Positions 47,761 through 60,936 are shown, counted from the whole stretch's first letter. The stretch is 63,997 nucleotides of DNA, filler included, from Hyphochytrium catenoides (GCA_900088475.1; 9 parts of 9 records of this genome joined end to end with filler, not necessarily neighbours in it); one strand, 5' to 3'. The notes: generated by a model not told the origin, from the sequence alone. Translations and numbers: made by a program.

Positions 47761-50234
47761 ATGGAGGCAACCGATTTGCTAAACTCTCCAGAATCGGACA
47801 ATGAGGGTCTCGCAAAAAGCTCTCATCGCGACTTTTATGATGCGCTGGGCAGTCTCCCGCGGCAAGATGGTCTTACTGATGACCCAGAGGCAGAGCCAGC
47901 AATGTCCACGGACTTTGTCAAGCACATCAATCAAGGAATTGTAGGCCAGTTGAGTCCGTTTATGACCCCCTTTGGAGAAAAGAGGATGCTCTACGCAGAT
48001 TGGACGGCCAGTGGAAAGTCCCTGTCATACATTGAGGACTATGTTCGGCAAAATGTCCTTCCCTTCTACGGCAACACACATACGACAACATCCATTACCG
48101 GCCTTCAGAGTACTTGCTTCCGATTGGAAGCCCGTCAGATTATCGCCCAGTCCGTCAATGCTAAAATCACAGGCAGGGCAGCTGAAGATGTGGTTCTGTT
48201 CACCGGGCCAGGTACAACGACTGCAGTCAACCGTCTAGTGGACGTTCTGGGGCTGAGGCGGCCGAAGGACGCCAACAAGAAGAAGAGGCCGGTTGTATTC
48301 ATCGGACCCCACGAACACCATTCTAACATGCTGCCCTGGAGAGAGAGTGCCGCAGACGTAGTCACCATAAAGGAAGATACCTCCGGTATGTCCAGAGCAT
48401 AGACTGAGGCTTTAGAGCATGTTCTGTCTTTTTCATATTGTCACGTTATGGCTCTTTCTAGTCTGGAGATTGATCCTGGCACCGCCATTTGAGTCTTTAC
48501 GCGAAGCGTCTATTTGTTTACTACGTGCTCGTCTGTATGTTCCATAGCTTAGGTTCTGCCAAGTTCTCTGTGATGTCAGTCTACCATCCCACCCATTCCG
48601 TACTCACTATCTCAATTGTACCACGTTGGAACTCTCTCTCTCCCCTGAATTTAGGAGGAGTTGACCTTGAGCACCTCAAAGCACAGCTATCAAAGTATAC
48701 AGAGCGTCCGCTCAAGATTGGTGCCTTCGCTGCTGCCTCCAACATCACTGGCATCATCGCTCCCGTAGACGCCATCACAGAACTCCTTCACCGCCATGGA
48801 GCTCTCTCTTTCTGGGACTATGCGACTGCTGCGCCTTACCTCCCTATAGATATGAACCCAGTCAATGTCCCGGCAGAAAGTCGTCCATTTGTGTACAAGG
48901 ATGCCATTTACTTCTCGTGCCACAAGTTCTTAGGAGGCCCCGGTTCGCCTGGCATCCTTGTGGTGAAGAAGAGGCTGCTTGGTAACGAAGTACCTACCTT
49001 GCCTGGGGGAGGTACAGTCTTCTATGTGACCAAGAGTGACCACCGCTACCTTTCTAACAGAGAGGAAAGAGAAGAAGGAGGAACCCCGGACATCGTAGGA
49101 AGCATCAGGGCCGGGCTAGTCCTTCAGCTGAAGGACAAGGTTGGGGAGAAAAGGATTACTGCCCTCGAAAGAATGCGGACAACAAAAGTTATGGACTCTC
49201 TACGACGGAATCCCCGCATTGTTTTTCTGGGCAGCCATGAGAAGGAACGGCTCCCGATCTTCACATTCCTGATTCGCTGTAACGGTCGATTCTTGCACTA
49301 TAACTTCGTCTGTGCCCTATTGAATGATCTGTACGGCATCCAGACTCGTGGCGGTTGTCAATGTGCCGGTCCATACGGCCAGCGGCTACTGGGCATTGAC
49401 AGGGCTTCAAACTTAGAGTTCGAATCATTACTCCTGGACAAACTAGAGTTAGTGAGACCAGGTTTCACTAGGCTTTCGTTTCCTTACTTCCTTGCAGAAG
49501 AAGAGGTGGACTTTATTCTTGCAGCGATTGAGCAAGTGGCAGAGTACGGATGGCGCCTGTTGCCTCATTACAGGTTCAACTACAAGACTGGAGAATGGAA
49601 GCACCACAGCCGCCTTACACGCTTCCCCGAGAGGAAGTGGCTCTCTAAGTTCGATTATGAGTTCTCTTCTGGCGATGTTAGAATGGACGAGAAGGAGAAT
49701 GTGCAAGGAAACCATCTGCGAGCCGCGTATTTTGAGGAGACTCTTAGGGAAGCGTTAGAGGTCATGAAATCGTCTAAGGGAGCAGAGGGAGCCAGACAAG
49801 TGAATGATCAGTCGCGATTGCTAAGTGATGAGGTTGCGGGGCTGAGATGGTTCGTTCTTCCCTCGGAGGCCACCGAAGCACTGACTGCTGAGAAGAGAGG
49901 GGACGCCTCAAAGATGGAGTTCTTTACCTCTCTTACTCGTCTTTCTGAAGTGTTCTGCATACGACCCCATGAAGGTCTACAGGAAGAGGACGAGATGGAA
50001 GAGGAAAGGGAAGAAGATCAGCAAGAGATGGATGGCTCTAATGACTATCAAAAGCAGACTGACAAGGAGGAAGTCAGCTCTGAAGACGGCTCTCCCCCAA
50101 TCTTCGTGTGCCCGTTACGGCCTAAGGCAAGGGCCCCAACAACAAGGGCAGAGAGCACGAAGTATCCTCTCCGAACGGTTGATGAGCAAAGCCTTCACGC
50201 AAAGCGAGAGACTGAGCAACTGCAGAAGACGCTT
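47761..50234 (+). CDS. PLP-dependent aminotransferase class V / cysteine desulfurase-like protein with C-terminal extension (3' truncated)
   Basis: Exons 47761-48385 and 48655-50234+. Motifs: YADWTASG, YGNTH, EHHSNMLPW, ASNITG, WDYATAAPY, SCHKF (PLP Lys), EEGGTP, RGGCQCAGPYG. Confidence 0.92.
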
Positions 50235-50817
50235 NNNNNNNNNNNNNNNNNNNNNNNNNNNNNNNNNNNNNNNNNNNNTTAATTAATTAANNNNNNNNNN
50301 NNNNNNNNNNNNNNNNNNNNNNNNNNNNNNNNNNATACAACGAGCCGCTCCAGAGAGATATTATAGCTCAAGTGCTTCATGTATGTCCTGTCACTATCTC
50401 TCTCTCTCCCTCTCCGTGTCTCTCCCTCTCCATCTCCGTCTCTCCCTCTCTTTCTCTTACTCTCTCTGTCCCTATTGCTCCATTCTCATATCGTAAGCTT
50501 CTTCCAACTGCCCTGTTTCTATCTCATTTCTCTTCATTTCTTATGTTTTTGCTTTCTCTTCGTTGCCTTTTTCTCTTCCCTAGGGCTCTTTCACTTGTCT
50601 GTCTCTATCTCTCTCTTCCTCCATTCTACTCTCTCTCTCTCTGATATCGCCCCCTCTTTCTGTTCCCGTCTCCTTCGTGAGCTCCTCAATGTTTATTGCT
50701 GCCAACCCCTTGTTCAAGCTTCTTTTTCTTCTTCTTCTCGAAGGTCTTTTCTCTCCAATGGGGAGGCTGACTCTTCTTTATAATCCATGCAGCCTGAGCG
50801 CAATATCTCTCTCGAGC

Positions 50818-51180
50818 AGAAGACAAAGGAACACCAGGAGAAGCTTCAGAGGCAGAAAGAAGCAAGGTGACCGCCTTCTGTCTAAGGCTTGCCCCCGTCA
50901 GTCTCTCGCTGTTACTCTGTCTTCTTCTCTTTTCCTTTTCTCCTTTGTCCTCACAAGGCATTATCATGTCCTGTCCCTTTTTAGAGTGGCAGAAGAAAAA
51001 GCACAAGCTCTTGCTAAGGAACTCTCTTCCTCGATGAGCTTCTTGGGAAGACAGTTGGCTCTCGATGGTGAGCATTGGAGAAGGCGCTGGGTTGTCTGCA
51101 TTCTCTTTCGCTCTCTCTCGCTCTCCTCTCGTCGGTCTTCTTCTCTCTCTGGGTTTCTATCTGTGTACTCCTGCTTTGGG

Positions 51181-51215
<35 letters not shown>

Positions 51216-52205
51216 TCGCCATTCTTCTTTCTCTCTCTCTCTCTCTCCCTTCGCCATTCTTCTTTCTCCGTTAGGGCCCTTCTGACTTTCTCACTCCTTT
51301 ACATAGATGTTAGATTGAAGAAGAATGAAGAGAGGCTGCAGATCGCAGAGCTTGCCATGATGAATAGAGAAAGAGAGATCCAGTCCAAAGTGCAGAGGAT
51401 GGAGGAGCTGGAAGAGAGCAAGAGAGAGAAGCAGGCGAAGGCGAAAGAGCTAAGAGACCATCTTAGACAGGCAAATATAGAAAAAAGAGAGAGAGAGAAG
51501 AGACTGAGAGAGGAGCTGCTGCGGCTGAACGGCGGATCTTTCCTTTTACCCTCTCATACAAGCTTTATGTTTCCCTCCAAGAAAGAAGTCATCAGTCACA
51601 TTCCTCCTGACTCTTCGGCAGCAGATAGAAAGAGGTAGCCAAAGAGTCTCCTCTTTCTCTCTCCCGTGTCTGGCTCTAGCAGCTGAAAGGATTCTCTTTC
51701 TCTCTGTCTATCGTATATTTTCTCTCGGTCTGTCTGTCTCTAATTCTGCCCCACTCAGTTGCGCTTCTTCCTCTCGATCTCTTCTTCTCTTTTACTTTCT
51801 CTTGCTTTCTCTCTGATCCTCTCTCTCACGCTCTATCTTACGTATCCCTTCTCCTCAAAGCTTATTCACCGCCGGTGAAATGTCTAGTTTTCTATGTTCT
51901 TCCACGTTCTCTCTCTTTTGTCCATCTTTCTCTCTCTTTCTTTCCTTCTCTAGAGGTTTATCTCCTGGCTCTCGCTTCAGAGTCTTTCTTGAGGGGCGTC
52001 TTCCTTACTCTCCTGGCCTATCTCTCACAGTCTATTAGATCTTGCTAAAGAGGCTCAGATCCGTCGCCTTGAGCAGCAGATTCGACAAATCGCAGAAGAG
52101 AAGAGAGAGAAAGTTCTCACTCGTCCCAAGGTAGCGGGACTGTCACAGCAAATGATAGCGTTAGAAGAGCTGAACAGAGGAGCGACCTTGAAGAGAGAGA
52201 CAGAG
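50818..52205 (+). CDS. Coiled-coil protein, partial, multi-exon, function unknown
   Basis: Exons ~50818-50866, 50985-51067, 51308-51634 and 52031-52205 give E/K/R/Q-rich helical sequence (e.g. REREIQSKVQRMEELEESKREKQAKAKEL) bounded by AG/GT sites. Confidence 0.55.
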
Positions 52206-53791
52206 GTAGGATTCCTTACTACTCCCTACCTCTCTCGTATACTTCTCTCTTCCACCTCCTTAGCCGCCCTCGCTTCCTCGACCGATGCGGCATTGGTCCT
52301 CCTCGTGCTCTCTTTTCTCTTTTTGAGCCGTCTATCTCTGAGTCTCTCTTTAGCATCAGCTGTATTTTCTTCACTCGGCCCTTTCTCTCCGACTGTTCCC
52401 CGTCATCCTCTCCGGTTACTCCTCTTCTCTCTCTCTCTCTGCATATTTTGGGACCGTTTTCTAGCAGTCTTATGAGAAAATTCTTGGCGCAGGGAGATTT
52501 CCAGATGAGACAGATAGAAGACGACCAGCATCCTTCCCAGTCCGCTCTTACTAGGAGAGAGAGAGGAATCAAAGTAAGAACTGAATTCTTGTTGTCAGCC
52601 TCTCTTCTCATTAAGGCTTTCCCTTATATCACAGAGCAACGTGTGTCTCTCTCCTCCTCTTCTCTTTCTGTACCTTAATCTCTCTCTCTAGTGACGTCTG
52701 TGTGTCCCAACTCTGTTCTCAGCGGCTACTCTTACTGTTTCCCTTTACCTTAGGCTGGAGATAGAGGCGCAAGGACTGTGGCCAAGATATCTATGAGCCG
52801 CAAACTGAACAGCGGATCTGCGATGGTAAGCAAGAAGGATGAGAAGCTACTATAAAACGTTAAGCAGGGAGAAAGGAGACCGAGAAGGAAGAGAGAATTA
52901 AGTGAAGCCGATGCAGGAGAGGGACAGCTTGGGAAGACGAGGGAGGAGAGAGAAAGAGAACGATAGAGAGAGCAGAAGTAGATGAAGATAAGAGAGAGCC
53001 CGAAGAAGAAAGAAGACAATGAGAAAAAAATCAGGAAAAGCAAGAATTGTGGAAAGAGAGAGAAAGACCCTGAGGAAGCGAGATAGATAGAGGGATAAAG
53101 ATGAGAGCATATGTACGAGAAGATGTCTCGTCTTTCTTATACGAACCTTGACCTCGTCAAAGAAGAAAGAGGTCATTCCGGTTAAGAAGCTTAACTCAAG
53201 GCCAAAACTTTCCATAGAGGTACACAGCTACGAGTCTTTCCACATGTCTTCTTTCTCCACTTGTCTCCATTTCTTCTCTTCCCAGGGCTCACTCTCTCTC
53301 CCTCTCTTCCTCCTCCTTCAGTTGCAGACTAGTAGAGAGGAAACCGAGTTGAATCCTGAGCCCTGGTGAAAAAGAAAGACACCCAACAGGCCCGTCGGGC
53401 TAAAGATCACGAAGCCAAGACTTCTACAAAGAAGCAAGATAGATCAGCACATCAATGCTAGTAGAGGAGAGAGGACATAAACTTTGGCGGAATAGATAGC
53501 TAAGGTCGTAATTTGCTCCAGAACACATACAATATCAAGAGTCTGAGACGACGAAGAACGCCCGTGGCCAATTCCATGGTTGAGACCGGCACATCACTGG
53601 TGCCTAACTAGTGGCAGCCACAGACAGTGAGAGAAAGAGAGAGAGAAATGGGGGGAGAGAGAGGTGTGTCTAGGGCGATAACTGCGCCTGTCGACGCAGT
53701 AGCATTGCTGGTTCAGCATCTTTTTGATATTTCGTGTTACGTTATTATTATGTTTTGCTTCTTCTTCTCCTCCTAACAGCTTCTCTTTAGC

Positions 53792-53833
<42 letters not shown>

Positions 53834-53834
53834 C

Positions 53835-55462
53835 CTATCCCTTCGTGGCCCTGGTAATCCTCCGCATTAGCGACACACAGGAGGAACGGTAGCCGGAGCC
53901 AAAGATATTGTAGTGGTTTAGAGAGTGGTGGAGCTCATACAGCAGCTGACGATCCTCGAAGCCTAAAGACAGGGAATAGCTCAGTCCTCTTGATGATTTC
54001 TCTTTCTTCCAGTATTAAGGCACTCCCATATAGAAACCCTTATACCGTCTGTCCCTGTCCCTTCTTTCTTTGAGGAAACATTGAAGTAGGTCACAGAGCA
54101 GAAGAGACAAGCGGCAAGGTTTGAGAGACAGCGGGAAGAAAAGGATGCCTTCCCTGTCTCCGTTCTATAGAAACCTACCGTTTTCCTTAGGTATTATCTC
54201 ATGGTAGCTGCTCATCGCCTCTCGGTCCAGACCTCCAAACATCCGCCCAATGCCAAACTCAGCCTCACTATGGCCATAGTAACAGGCAGGATCAAACAGC
54301 ACGGGCCTGCTTTCCCCATTGTTTGTCTCATAGCCAATGTTTCCTCCCCATAAATCTCCATGAAGGAGAGACGGACGAATGTCTTCAAGGATTAGCATTC
54401 GGAAGAGAAGAGGAAACTCTTTCTTCACTCTTGCTCCAAGCTCCTGAATTTCTTGATCATTCGGGTACGATTTAGCTAGTGAGTCTAGCTGAGGGCCCTG
54501 CAAGTGAAGAGGAAAGACCTAAGCTCCGGTAGGAAGCGCGGAAGCAACTAAAACTAATAGTGTGACGACAGAAAGATGTACCCTAACCCTAACCCTTAAG
54601 CAGGTTGTTGAACGTAGGGTGAGCAGCAAGGTCCAGAGAAAGGCACTTGCCAGCCTGAAGTCCCGCCAGAACTCAATCCAATTGAGCTGTTGTCCCTCTG
54701 GGTTGTTCAGCTGCGGATGAGCCCCACAGCAGCCGTCCATAGAGAAGCCGAAGGTCTTCATATCGTTAGGGGCAGCGTGCATCTGGGCCAGGCCTAAGAA
54801 GATGAACGATCACAGTTAATGGTTCTCAGGGCACTCTTTATTTCCCTAGTTTCCCCGCTTTTATTCATTCCTCCTCTCTCACTGCAGGGCTGAGTCTGTG
54901 AAATTTGCCTTTCTCCTCATTCTTACCGACGTCCTTCGTTACCCTTGGCCACTCCAAGTTACACAGTCCACTTACCCTCTCCTAGAAGATGTGAGGCCCC
55001 GCGACGGCCAAATTTTATATAGTCCTAAGACCAGAAAGGCCAGTAAAAGGTGATCAGCATTTCTTAGCTTTTCTTCTCATTAGCTTCACCGCAGCCAGAG
55101 TGTTTGGCAGCCGACGGTTTGGCTTTTGGCTTCTTCTCTCTTTCTTCTCTCATTCTCTCACACCGACATTCACACTAGGTGCATCGCTTCTTGATGATCC
55201 GCAGGTCACACACTGATGAGGGTCTTATGTTTATCGATTCTCTCAGCTCTTCATCGATCCTCAAGCCAGCAGCTTACTTTGCTTTCCTACAGCTACCCCG
55301 TCTCGTTGCGTCATCCATTCACTCTCCTCTTCTACTCATTTAGCTCTCTCTGCTATCCCTCAAGCCTTTTCCATCTTCATCTGTGTTTACCATGACAATG
55401 TAGCTCTCCCCTCCAGCACTTTTGCCCACCAGCCAGGGCTTTGGGATCCTTAACGTGGGCGC
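53835..55462 (-). CDS. Fructosamine/ketosamine-3-kinase family protein (5' truncated); 5 visible exons
   Basis: Motifs: LRIPKP, YIVMDYI, LAQMH, FGF...CCGAHPQLN, WIEFWRDFRLGPQL, PSLLHGDLWGGN, LFDPACYYGHSEAEFG, RQLLYELHHSLNHYNIFGSGY. Confidence 0.92.
54581..54597 (-). repeat. Short interstitial telomere-like (TTAGGG)n in intron
   Basis: ccctaaccctaaccct; similar short remnants occur near 3331-3350. Confidence 0.4.
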
Positions 55463-55635
55463 NNNNNNNNNNNNNNNNNNNNNNNNNNNNNNNNNNNNNN
55501 NNNNNNTTAATTAATTAANNNNNNNNNNNNNNNNNNNNNNNNNNNNNNNNNNNNNNNNNNNNGAAAGGGTGCCACAAGCAAGAATGACAAGCTGAGTGAC
55601 GATTGCCACTAATGATATGCAACGGATTGGCGCAC

Positions 55636-55881
55636 CTGCTGCTTGGAGCAGTTCTTAATGCCTGGAGAGCGGTCGCCCCACTCTATGAGGTCGGCCCTGC
55701 CGATGATTAGGCCCTGAGGTTCTTCAGAGGTAACGGAGATGGTGACAGGTTGTCCTCCAGGTGTGGGTTCCCCTGTAAAGAGCCAGACAGTTCTCCCGTC
55801 GCTACTGAGCTTCCGCCCCCCAGGTTTACGTTTCTTTGCCCAGTCCGACCGAGACTCAGACGAGGTGGAAGACGCTCCCAT
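55636..55881 (-). CDS. First exon of a gene with an FHA-like (PNKP/aprataxin-type) N-terminal domain; remainder beyond scaffold end
   Basis: ATG at 55881; LIIGRADL...IKNCSKQQ is followed by a GT donor and resembles the FHA GR...SxxH/Q pattern. Confidence 0.45.
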
Positions 55882-57088
55882 GGTCCACAGGTCCACCGTT
55901 TCCTATCCTTCAAGTTGTCTCACACGCTTTTCGTGGAGGAAACTGACATTAACAGCATCAGAATATAAAGAAGCGGTCCAGCACTTGCTCTTCCGCAAGT
56001 GGTAAGCCTGACGATGCTTTCTAAAAACAGGGACAGAGCTTCATTCAGTGCCTTGGCGCTGAGTTACCTCCATCGATAGCAAACTCGCCTTGCTGGGGTT
56101 ACGGACTGTATGGCAGCCAGTTAGCGCGGCTGTAGTCCTCTGCACCGCCTTCCTTTTTCTTTCTGAAGCTCTCGCTCCTACTGATTCTGATTCATCTCCT
56201 CAGACAGTGATGCACGCTCCTCGCCTTGCAAGTCGAGCAGCCAGGCTGTATGACAGAGGAGACAAACGAGCAGAAGCGGCCGCTGTTGACTTAGAGAGTG
56301 CCCATCGCCTGACCGCGGCATCGTGTTCTCTTCTTTCTTCCCGCGCCGGAGCCGAAGGAGCGATCGGCGCGCCGGAGAAGTGCGAACACGACGACAGTTT
56401 CTCTGATTCTTCTTTCTGTCGGTTAGCGGCACCACCTCTCTGGCCTCCCCCAGGACATTGCCTTGCTACCCTCTGAAGATACTTGCTCAATAAGTATTCA
56501 TACTTAGACTGGTACCTATCAGCATAGAGACATACAGCTCTTTCGTATTCATTAGACCTACTGTACAAGTGGCGTAAAAGGGCACAACTTTCTCTTACTT
56601 GGTACCTGCTCTTCCGCTACTTGTACAACCGTCACTAGCTGTCACGAACAGATACTACAACAACAAACAGGCCATTTTTGTCTACAATGCGGATTCCACC
56701 TGTCCTGCAGCTCTTGAGCAATTCTTAGAGGGAATACGACAAACCTCTCTCTCTCTCTCTGTCTCTCTCTCTCTGTCTCTCTCTCTCTCCTCTCCTCTCT
56801 CTCTCGCTGTCCTCTCTCACTCTCTCTCTCTGTCTCTCTCTCTGTCTCTCTCTCTGTCTCTCTCTCTGTCTCTCTCTCTGTCTCTCTCTCTNNNNNNNNN
56901 NNNNNNNNNNNNNNNNNNNNNNNNNNNNNNNNNNNTTAATTAATTAANNNNNNNNNNNNNNNNNNNNNNNNNNNNNNNNNNNNNNNNNNNNAGAAAAGGC
57001 AACAAGTAGAGAGAAAGGAAGCGAGAGAGACAGAAGGATAACAGAAACTAAAGTGATAAAAAGAAAGGACATGCAAAGAGAGAGAGAG

Positions 57089-57119
<31 letters not shown>

Positions 57120-57239
57120 ATGGATTGATAGGCGCGAAGGTAAGCGAGAGAGAGGGAGAGCGAGCGAGCGAGAGAGAGAAAGCAGAGAAGCTGCTACTAC
57201 GATGTAGAGAGATAAGCAAGGGGAGAGAGGCCGTCAAAC

Positions 57240-57446
57240 CTCCGAGGACTTCTCTGCGGCCCGGACAATCTCTCTCCTCAGCTTGCTCAGCTTCTCCATC
57301 GCTTCTTCCTTGGAAATCTCTATCACTTCCTGTCGCCAGGAGGAGGGCCGCCGGGACCCTTTGTGCTTAACCAGCAGGTGATAGACCTGCAGACGCATTT
57401 GGCCAAGAGAAAGGAAAGACGACGTGAAAAGCAGAGGGAAGAGAGT

Positions 57447-57482
<36 letters not shown>

Positions 57483-57931
57483 ATGAAAGAGAGAACGAAA
57501 AATGAACAAGGATATGAAGGAGAAAGAAGGTGAGAGTAGGTTAACCAGAAAGGAGAGAGAGAGAAAGAGGAGAGACAGATTGAGCGCTCAGAGAGAAGAG
57601 AGAGAGAAAAAGAGAGTAGATCAAGGAGAGAGAGTAAAGGCAAAGACAAAGAGGGAAAGAACCTGGAGAGAGAAGAAGAGAGTGAAAGGAGGGAGATCGG
57701 GCTAACGGCCAGAAGGAAATGACAAGCAAGGGAAAGTGCGAGCTAATGCCAAAGGAAGAGACGGAGAGGACTACACAGTAGAGTGACGACAAAGGGCTCA
57801 AGAGAGAGAGAAAGAGAGAAGGAGTGATAGTGCAAATAAACAATCAGCGAAGAGACTGAAAGCACAAGTCAGATACTAGCATACCATAGAGAAAAAGAGC
57901 CAGAACATGAGAGAGAGAGAGAAAGAGAGAG

Positions 57932-57973
<42 letters not shown>

Positions 57974-58410
57974 GAAGAGAGAGAGGGAAGAGAGAGAGAG
58001 ATGCTGTCACCTGAACAGTTTCCTCGCTTGAAGGAGGTTTGCGGCGCTTCTCAGCCTTTTCCTCTGCAAGGAACAAGCCTTAGAATATAAGCGAGAGGGA
58101 GGGAGAGAGAGACATCGAGAGAGTGCGAGAGAAAGGTGAGGGGAGAGAGGAGGAGAAATAGCGAGAGAGAGAAGGAAGGAGGGAGAGAACAGAGCGCGCG
58201 CGAGAGAGAGAGAAAGAGCAGAGGGAGACGAGTGAACTCGAGCCCTGGTTCACTTCATGATAAGCGCGGACCTGCAGAGGAGTTCTTGCGCTTTGCTGTG
58301 GGCGCTTCCCATTGTTTCTCTCCTGTCTTTCTATTGAGATAATAACAGTGTCCCGGCCGGCTGCGGCTCTCTACTTTCTTCCACTCAGAAGGAAGACTCT
58401 CGTCAGCCAT
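57240..58410 (-). CDS. PIN1: Pin1/Ess1 peptidyl-prolyl isomerase (WW + parvulin), 3' truncated at scaffold end
   Basis: Exon 58410-58272 encodes MADESLPSEWKKVESRSRPGHCYYLNRKTGEKQWEAP (WW domain). Exon ~58062-58010 is a linker. Exon 57386-57240 encodes VYHLLVKHKGSRRPSSWRQ...SKEEA. Confidence 0.9.
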
Positions 58411-58439
58411 TTCTCTCCGCTGTAACTCTTTCCTTCTCT

Positions 58440-58478
<39 letters not shown>

Positions 58479-58752
58479 GCTCTATTGGCAGTGCTGAGAA
58501 GGGAGAAGGTGAGCTGTCCTCGCGTGGCAGAGGATGATAAATCGGAGGCGGAGAGAGGGAGGGAAGAGCCAGCCAGCCCGCAGAATTGGGACTCTGAGCA
58601 CGCTGGAAGGGAAGAGGGAAGAGCGTGACGAGAAGAAAAGAAACGTACAGTAGTTGCGATCAGGACAGAGGAAAGGAGAATGCTTCCGAACGGAGACGAT
58701 GCGTGAGAAAGGGCAAGAACAGAGAATTGAGTGAGATGTGATGAAAAAGAGA

Positions 58753-58784
<32 letters not shown>

Positions 58785-58845
58785 CAGAGAGAGAGTGAGT
58801 GAGAGCGAGCGAGAGAGAGAGAGAGCGAGGAGAGAGAGAGAGAGA

Positions 58846-58885
<40 letters not shown>

Positions 58886-59551
58886 AGAGAGAGTCCTCGG
58901 CTCAAACGGCCAAAAAGCAGGAGATTCGCTCCAGTCCCCGTCCATAGCCGTTACCGAACAGTACCGATTACAACCGTTATACCTGGGATGTACCGAAAAA
59001 GACTTCCAAAAGCCGAAGAGAAGAAGAAATCTGGCTAATTACGCTTAGTCAGCTACAACGAAAATATGGGAACCCGAATCTACCCGCTCAGTGTCTCTCA
59101 TTGAAAGCCTCGTTCTCTCTGATGAAAAGCAACATGGGACGGCTTCGATGCCAAGGAGACAAGTTCTTGCCCTTTCAACCCCCGGTCCGCAGGAGGGTGT
59201 GGGTCTGTTGATGATGGGCCAGCTTGGAGCACTGGGGATCCCAAGGCAACCTTTATTACTCCGGAGTACTATATATAAAAAGAAAGGATAGGTGCCAAAA
59301 GGGAGACGGTGGCGGGCGAGCCTCCGGCTTAGTAGAAGCAATTGTTGCTGCTCCCGTAGCAGCTTCAGTTTATTTATTGGACAACACCCTAACCTGGGAG
59401 ATGGTGAGGCGGCCACCGTGCCCATGGAAGCTGCTGGGCTGTAAAAAGACCGAAGGACCAAGAAAGAATTTACACTAGCCAGAGGGCCTGCTCTTTTGCG
59501 TCATTGTTTGCCTCAGAGTTTCTAAGTAGAAGGATTTTATCTTGGCTTACA

Positions 59552-60288
59552 TCAAGCCGTCCTTTTGATGATATGCAGACCACTGTCCGTCTTGATAATC
59601 TCGCTCAATCCGCCTACAGGAAGCGCGAACGTGGCCTCCTCAAAGGGCTTTTGCATCTCACCACGCCCAAAGAAGCCTAGATCTCCACCCCTTTCACCGC
59701 TGCGAATCATAAATGGAGGCAAATTAATAGGGGAGGAGTCATTAGAAAGCGCATAGAATAGGACTAGTATAGTACGTACGGTCTCTACAAAGGGATGTCT
59801 TAACTACGAGCCCAGAGAATGCGAGAATGAGGCAATTGGGGAGTGGCAGAAAGATAGGGCGAGCGGAAGAAAAGAGCGTAGAGCTACAGCTTCCGAGGAA
59901 TCTCATTACCTGCCGCAGTCTGAGTACTGCTTAGCCAGAGCTTCGAATCTTGATGGATCCTGCACCACTTGCTGGCGAATGCCTGAGGGTGAGCAAGAGC
60001 AGGAGATTAGATCAGTACCAAAACCGGGAACAAGACCAGGAACCCAGCAGGAGCTTTAACTTTCAACCTTCAAGAGTAATGCGCGCTTCCTCTTCGCTGC
60101 GGGTGATGTTCGGTGAGAGTCTGGAGGCTAAAGGATGGAAAAATAAAGCGGAATGGCGGCGTCAGTCCTGCTAGGAGTGAAATCTGAGGAGAGAGACTCC
60201 GGGAACTGTCTTGCCGTTCCTTACCAGGCCGCCTAGAGTTCCGATGCTTCACTAAGATGTGAGAAGCGCATACTTTGCCTGTGCTCAT
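59552..60288 (-). CDS. WW-less Pin1-type parvulin PPIase (~114 aa), complete; 4 exons
   Basis: The spliced product reads [36 protein letters not shown]...[61 protein letters not shown]. Confidence 0.92.
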
Positions 60289-60936
60289 AGTTCCCGTCGA
60301 GCTGTCTTATCACGGATACTCTCACTAAAGCCTTGCTTCGCTGTTTTCTTTGTAGCGTGCCTCACAGGAGGTCGCCAAGGCAACAACAGGATTGAGTTCG
60401 AATAAAGGATAAGCCCCCTCAAACCTAGAGTTCTCCCTTCCAAATAGCTCTATTGACGGCTGGTCAAGTGCACTTTTAGATCTGGGTCTCTCTACAGCAA
60501 GCACCCTTTCTGATGCAGGTGTTACGGAAGCTCCAAATGAAAGACGGCGGGCGAGTCTTCTGACGACATCTGCAGATCTGAACTCCATTATTATTTTGAG
60601 AAGTGCACTCAGATCCTTTGGATCGTTCTGGCTGAAAATAGCCGTTAACAGGTGTCTACACAAGCACTACTGCTTTATTATTTTCGGCAATTAAGTCATT
60701 TCTCTCATAAATACGGAGACGGACTTATTGAATATCTGTACGGTAGGAACGATAGATAGAATGAGATAATTCTTGGTGCAAATCGAGACTTGTTATTGTG
60801 ATTGGACTCTTTTTGCGCGATAAGTTCGGGCATCCTCAAAACGCCTCGAAGATTTCAGTCTGCAGATCACCAGACAGAGCACGAAAGATCTTCCCTTCTT
60901 CTTCTTGGCAGCAGCAGCAGCGCCAGCTAGGACATC

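Noticed and set aside
53835-55881. FHA-fructosamine kinase fusion
   Set aside because: The FHA-like exon and the kinase exons are on the same strand but separated by an artificial linker (55507), so adjacency is not evidence.
56090-56568. Overlapping 122-128 aa ORFs on opposite strands
   Set aside because: No motif and no convincing start context; cannot decide which, if either, is real.
12175-59048. Numerous SLSLSL/ERERER ORFs in the track
   Set aside because: Translations of (CT)n/(AG)n microsatellites in introns and intergenic DNA.
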